Positions 48,647-64,000 of a stretch of 64,000 nt of DNA are shown here, piece by piece (positions within the stretch are counted from its first letter, which is position 1; each line of letters opens with the position of its first letter). The notes below the pieces were generated by a model that worked only from the letters and a program-made list of their open reading frames with translations, was not told where the DNA came from and did not search any database. The translations under genes were made by a program, and so were the position numbers. This DNA comes from Hormiphora californensis (lineage: Eukaryota; Animalia; Ctenophora): contig CM035354.1 in the NCBI GenBank assembly GCA_020137815.1, positions 7,316,001 to 7,380,000 on the forward strand, written 5' to 3'.

Positions 48647-49771
48647 CGTTTTTCATCGTTTTTCAAGCTTTAAATTGGTAAAAATAAGTGTTTAAGTACT
48701 TCAAAGACACCTTTCGCCTGATTTTAGGCCGGAAGATACGTTTACGTTCACGTTTTTGATAAAAAAAAAACGACCAAAAACAACTTTCCGAAGAAAGAAA
48801 AATAAAAAAGCAAACGCGAACGGACTAGGACCATTTTTTATAAAAAACTTACTTTCACTGCGCGCAAAAATGCAGCGCTTAAATCTATTTTTGGCGCGTC
48901 ACAAACAATGCCATGCTTTTTTAACTTTCAGAATCCAGGAACCTTTTTTTTTAAAGTTTTGTTTTTTGTTTTTTTAAAGTTTTGTTTTTTGTTCCTTTTT
49001 ATAATTTTAACTTTTTACGGTTTTTTGAAGACTTATAAAGTAAACTCTATTCTTTGGCTTCAAAAGTGCCGCCTTATTCCCTTTCAGAAAGGTCTGTAGC
49101 ATATGCCAAGTCCTGCAGTAACGTTAGAGGGGTCTGTAGCATCACTAGCATGCCTGTAGCAACGTTGGAGGGGACTTAATTTCAGCTTCAGCGTATCATA
49201 AGTTCCAACTTTGGCCGGTAGTGACTAGGTTTTATCCCTACAAGACCGGATCTGTAGCATATGCTAAAAGCAACCAAAGGCTAGGCGTTGACAGAAGTTT
49301 CTACGAGGGAATTCTGGTCGAAGATGGATTTGGAAGTATTTGAGTTTTTTCAACTCTCAAGCTGAAACCAACACAACGCGTTAAAACGGAAGTCCTATCT
49401 TAATTGAGTGCTAAATATGGAGAAGGGGTCATTCACACCACTAGTGACGTACACCACGGGAGGGATGAGTAAAGACCAGACAGCACGAGAGTTCACTTGT
49501 TCAAGTTTCAATCAGTTACGAGTTTCAATCAGTTGCGAAAGTGTGAGTTGCGGCGACAGGCTCCCCTAAACCAAGATAATGATATGCTGTTGGCCTAGGA
49601 ATATGGCAGTTGGACATTTCTTTCTTTCTTTTTTTGGATGTGCACCCAAACTGCGATTGTTTGCTCTGCAACGGTCCCTGTTTAGTCGTGTGATATTTGT
49701 GATAATGATATTTGAATCACGAAGTTTTCTAATAAAATTTTCATTGTAGGGTAGCATGGACTAAACAAGCG

Positions 49772-60259
<10,488 letters not shown>

Positions 60260-61091
60260 TGAACACTGCCGTACAGTTGTAACAATGTTTGTTTGTGTGT
60301 TTTAAAAAGACGTGTGTTGTGACGTCACGTGACATATCTGTGATCACGTGATATATCTGCGGTCACGTGATATATCTGGTCACGTGATATCTCTCTCTCG
60401 GTTCAATGATGGTGGGTAATAAAGCTGCTACTCAACTTCTACGGGGTGTTATTGTGTGGGTGAAGTATACACTGTGTGTGGGACAGCGCATGAAACATTA
60501 GCTTTTTGTCTCTTGTGAAGTGTGTGTTTCTACATATTCCTTGTGTGTGTGGGGTGTGATAGATATTAGCGTGGTGTGATTGAATTTGGTTGGTGTGATG
60601 TGTCGTGTGTGAACCCACATATTGTTTTTGCAGCAGTTTAATAATGGAACAAATGGATGTGATAGTGGTGGTGTGATAATGCCTATTTATGAAACTACGG
60701 TGTGAGCTGGTGTGAGTAGTATCTCGATGTGCATCCCCCAATCTTGCATGCCCCCTCTTCTTCTCTCAAATTATCGTCTAATTATCGTCTTATCTGTCAA
60801 AAAATACATGTAACATGTAACATGTGTACATGTAACATGTGTACATGTAACATGTGTATACTAATTACTGCATGTAAACGTTACTAATGAATCCCTCGAC
60901 CTTCCTACGTTCTAAATTTATATTATCAAGCAATTCTTTTGTTTTAAAAACTCATTACTTTTTGTAAACGAGGAATGAACACTCTTGTTCTCTTCTCTTC
61001 TGTCACACTTCAAAAATATAATTTTCCGTTTCTTCTCTTCTTTGGGGCATGCAAGATGATTGCACATTGATTACTCCACCCTTTATGTGAT

Positions 61092-61458
61092 GGTTACCAT
61101 ACTGTTACCATGGTGAGCATACTATACCGTTACCATGGTTACCATACTATACTGTTACCATGGTTACCATACTATACTGTTACCATGGTTACCATACAAT
61201 ATCGTGTAACCATGGTTACCATGCCATACCGTTACCATAGAATAAGAACAACGTAACTAAACACCGCTCTCCTTTCTCTCTTCTCCTTCCAGGTTAACAA
61301 AGTCAAGTTGGCCAGACGTTGACATTAAATACACACACAGTGAGAATAACTACAAGTTACTGATGATCAGAAAGTGTGACTCCCTAGTTACCATGGTTAC
61401 CTGACTTCCTAGTTACCATGGTTACCTGACTCCCTAGTTACCATGGTTACCTGACTCT
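61092..61458. repeat. Minisatellites built on GTTACCATGGTTACC
   Basis: Units TACTGTTACCATGGTTACCATACTA (61092-61238) and CCTAGTTACCATGGTTACCTGACT x3 (61383-61456). Confidence 0.85.
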
Positions 61459-61565
61459 ATCTGACTTGGACAATAACTATGTGTGTGTTAAGACATGATT
61501 ATACCTATTACAGAGTCACTGATTGAGACACCTAATTCACACCTTGACACCAATATAACACACCA

Positions 61566-63224
61566 CACGGTGCACTAGAAGGATCGTCAACCCAAAGTTG
61601 AGCCCGCAAAACAAACTTTTGTTGGGGGTGACCCAGGAGGCCTTCCTGAACATCCCCACGGTGAGAAAAGTATATGTTATCGGGGGAAATTTTTGTTAAA
61701 ATCGAAAAAACTGGTTTTTGGTCCAAATTTGTGCATAACTTACTTGACTGCCGTTTGATGAAATATGTGATTGACATAAAATAAGTATACAAGACCTATT
61801 TTTGCACGAAGAATCGATTGCCGGTGGAGAGAAATCTCTAAAATGACCGGAAAGTTGTCAAATATGGGAATTTTGTCATTTTTTTGAGGTTTTTGGCCCT
61901 TTAACCATTGAAAACGTTGAGATAGGAAGTTGGCAATAGCGCCAATCGTTAAAATGGTCATTTTTCTACGGGATCCCAAAATTTCATGTATATCCGATTT
62001 ATGGTTAGATTTTGGCAAACTATTGAGATGTGCTTACTGAAAAAAGGATAACTTGATTTTCTCGTTTTTTGCGATTTTTTAACTTTTGAAAGAATTCTGA
62101 TTGAAATGGCCAATCAGGGCCATGCTAAAGTTGTTTATGGGACAATTTTCGACCAAAATCCAAGATTTCATGCAAATCCAATGACAGATCATTGATTTAT
62201 AGAAAGTTGAAATAGGCAAAAAAGGCCAATTTTTACCATGAAAACAAAAATACACATTTTTTTTCTTGTCAATTTCCATTAACAACTGGTACGGGTACCT
62301 AGGTAGGGTCCCTACCTATTTTTTGCACGTAGAATCGATTGCCGGTGGAGTGGATCCTCTTAAATGATTGGAAAGCGGTCGAAATGTCATTTTTTGGAAG
62401 TTTTTGGACCTCCAAAAAATGGCATTTTGACCGCTTTTCCAATCATTTAAGAGGATCCACTCCACCGGCAATCGATTCTACGTGCAAAAATAGGTAGGGT
62501 ACCAGTTGTTGATGGAAATTGACAAGAAAAAAATGTGTATTTTTGTTTTCATGGTAAAAATTGGCCTTTTTTGCCTATTTCAACTTTCTATAGATCAATG
62601 ATCTGTCATTGGATTTGCATGAAATCTTGGATTTTGGTCGAAAATTGTCCCATAAACAACTTTAGCATGGCCCTGATTGGCCATTTCAATCAGAATTCTT
62701 TCAAAAGTTAAAAAATCGCAAAAAACGAGAAAATCAAGTTATCCTTTTTTCAGTAAGCACATCTCAATAGTTTGCCAAAATCTAACCATGAATCGGATAT
62801 ACATGAAATTTTGGGATCCCGTAGAAAAATCACCATTTTAACGATTGGCGCTATTGCCAACTTCCTATCTCAACGTTTTCAATGGTTAAAGGGCCAAAAA
62901 CCTCAAAAAAATGACAAAATTCCCATATTTGACAATTTTCCGGTCATTTTAGAGATTTCTCTCCACCGGCAATCGATTCCTCGTGCAAAAATAGGTCTTG
63001 TATACTTATTTTATGTCAATCAGATATTTCATCAAACGGCAGTCAAGTAAGTTATGCACAAATTTGGACCAAAAACCAGTTTTTTCGATTTTGACAAAAA
63101 TTTCCCCCGATAACATATACTTTTCTCACCGTGGGGATGTTCAGGAAGGCCTCCTGGGTCACCCCCAACAAAAGTTTGTTTTGTGGGCTCAACTTTGGGT
63201 TGACGATCCTTCTGGTGCACCGTG
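61566..63224. mobile_element. 1.66-kb foldback (near-perfect palindrome) DNA transposon, CACGG termini, 4-bp TSD (Chapaev/CMC-like, tentative)
   Basis: ACCA|CACGGTGCAC...GTGCACCGTG|ACCA; ~830-bp arms mirrored about a ~10-bp spacer near 62400-62410; mirrored ORFs in the track (61740-62018 vs 62772-63050). Confidence 0.85.
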
Positions 63225-63440
63225 ACCATCGACTCAGAGACAAGCAACATATTGACATTTTTAATTTCAAAGAATGAAAGTGTGTGTGAATGTGTGAGGA
63301 TACTGGTTATGGCTGAATGGTGGGGGAACCAATCTGAGTATGCTAATCAAGGGGGATTCTGAGTGTGAGAATCAGGGGGAGTTATGGTTTTTTACAATGA
63401 TTACTTTAACTGTTTAATACCCTTTTTGTGTGTGCGTGTG

Positions 63441-64000
63441 TTACTTACTTTTGTTACTTTTGGAGGCTTCGTAGGATCCTAGCAGGCCATCCCTTTCTCA
63501 GGACCACCGGAAACTGCCCAATCGAGCAGTGAGTTATCGTTACAGTAACCATAGCCAGCAATTGGAGGCTGGTCAGGTATGGTATCGAGATGACGCTGTA
63601 GTGACGTCTTAAAGGCCGAGAGAGGGTAGGCCTCAGTTACAGTTGCCGGGAGGGTGTTCCAGAGACGAGGTGCTCTCACTGTAAAGCTATTTTCAAAGAG
63701 AGATTTCGCTCGCCGGCCTCTGGTATCCGGAATGGCAGGAACAACGGCCCTGATCCCGAGTCTGCTAGGGGGCCTAAAAGCGATGCCCAGGTTGTTGGGG
63801 ACTAGACCGTGCAGGGTTTTCCAAATAAGGATGATGGAGTAGCGTTCACGGCGTCTCTGAAGAGAGGAGAGGCCCAGATTTTGGAGGCGGTCCCAGTAGT
63901 TATCACCAGAGTTGGATATCCTAGCAATGAAGGATCTTTGAACACCTTCGAGGAGCCTGATGTCGCTGACCAGGTGAGGGTCCCACAGGGGGCAGGCATA
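63441..64000 (-). mobile_element. CR1-like LINE, 3' end of ORF2 and tail (continues beyond window)
   Basis: Frame reads YACPLWDPHLVSDIRLLEGVQRSF...YWDRLQNLGLSSLQRRRERY...NSFTVRAPRLWNTLP...FKTSLQRHLDTIPDQP, stop at 63479; short AAGT(AAC) repeat tail. Confidence 0.85.

Noticed and set aside
61566-61575. RAG/Transib-type RSS heptamer (CACGGTG vs CACAGTG)
   Set aside because: The TSD is 4 bp rather than 5, no clear nonamer at 12/23 spacing was seen, and no transposase is present.
61532-63270. Paired near-identical ORFs on opposite strands
   Set aside because: A consequence of the palindromic element; no recognisable protein.

Overview
Eukaryotic, intron-rich animal genomic DNA. The repeat content, TTAGGG telomere motif, acceptor sites just ahead of start codons and nested genes suggest a ctenophore such as Pleurobrachia; this is an inference, not a proof. 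Minus strand: the 5' part of pecanex (PCNX), two tandem VWA5A-like genes, FBXL4 and a minimal IQCC, tightly packed head-to-tail, then CEP290 directly downstream of ZSWIM7. Plus strand: a class A GPCR, a divergent ferroportin-like transporter, a USP6NL/RN-tre TBC RabGAP, two small genes nested antisense in introns of PCNX and CEP290, and two paralogous secreted precursor genes missed by the ORF track. The precursors carry Lys-Arg-flanked Cys-rich modules, and one has duplicated alternative last exons giving a 6-Cys pacifastin-like or a 4-Cys peptide. Mobile DNA includes an L2/CR1-group RT, a CR1 3' end, several MITEs, a 1.66 kb foldback element, and a nested element carrying and interrupting TTAGGG repeats. 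Gene models were spliced by eye. About 6-22 kb has many indels and inflated homopolymers, probably sequencing error, so frameshifts there are not evidence of pseudogenes.
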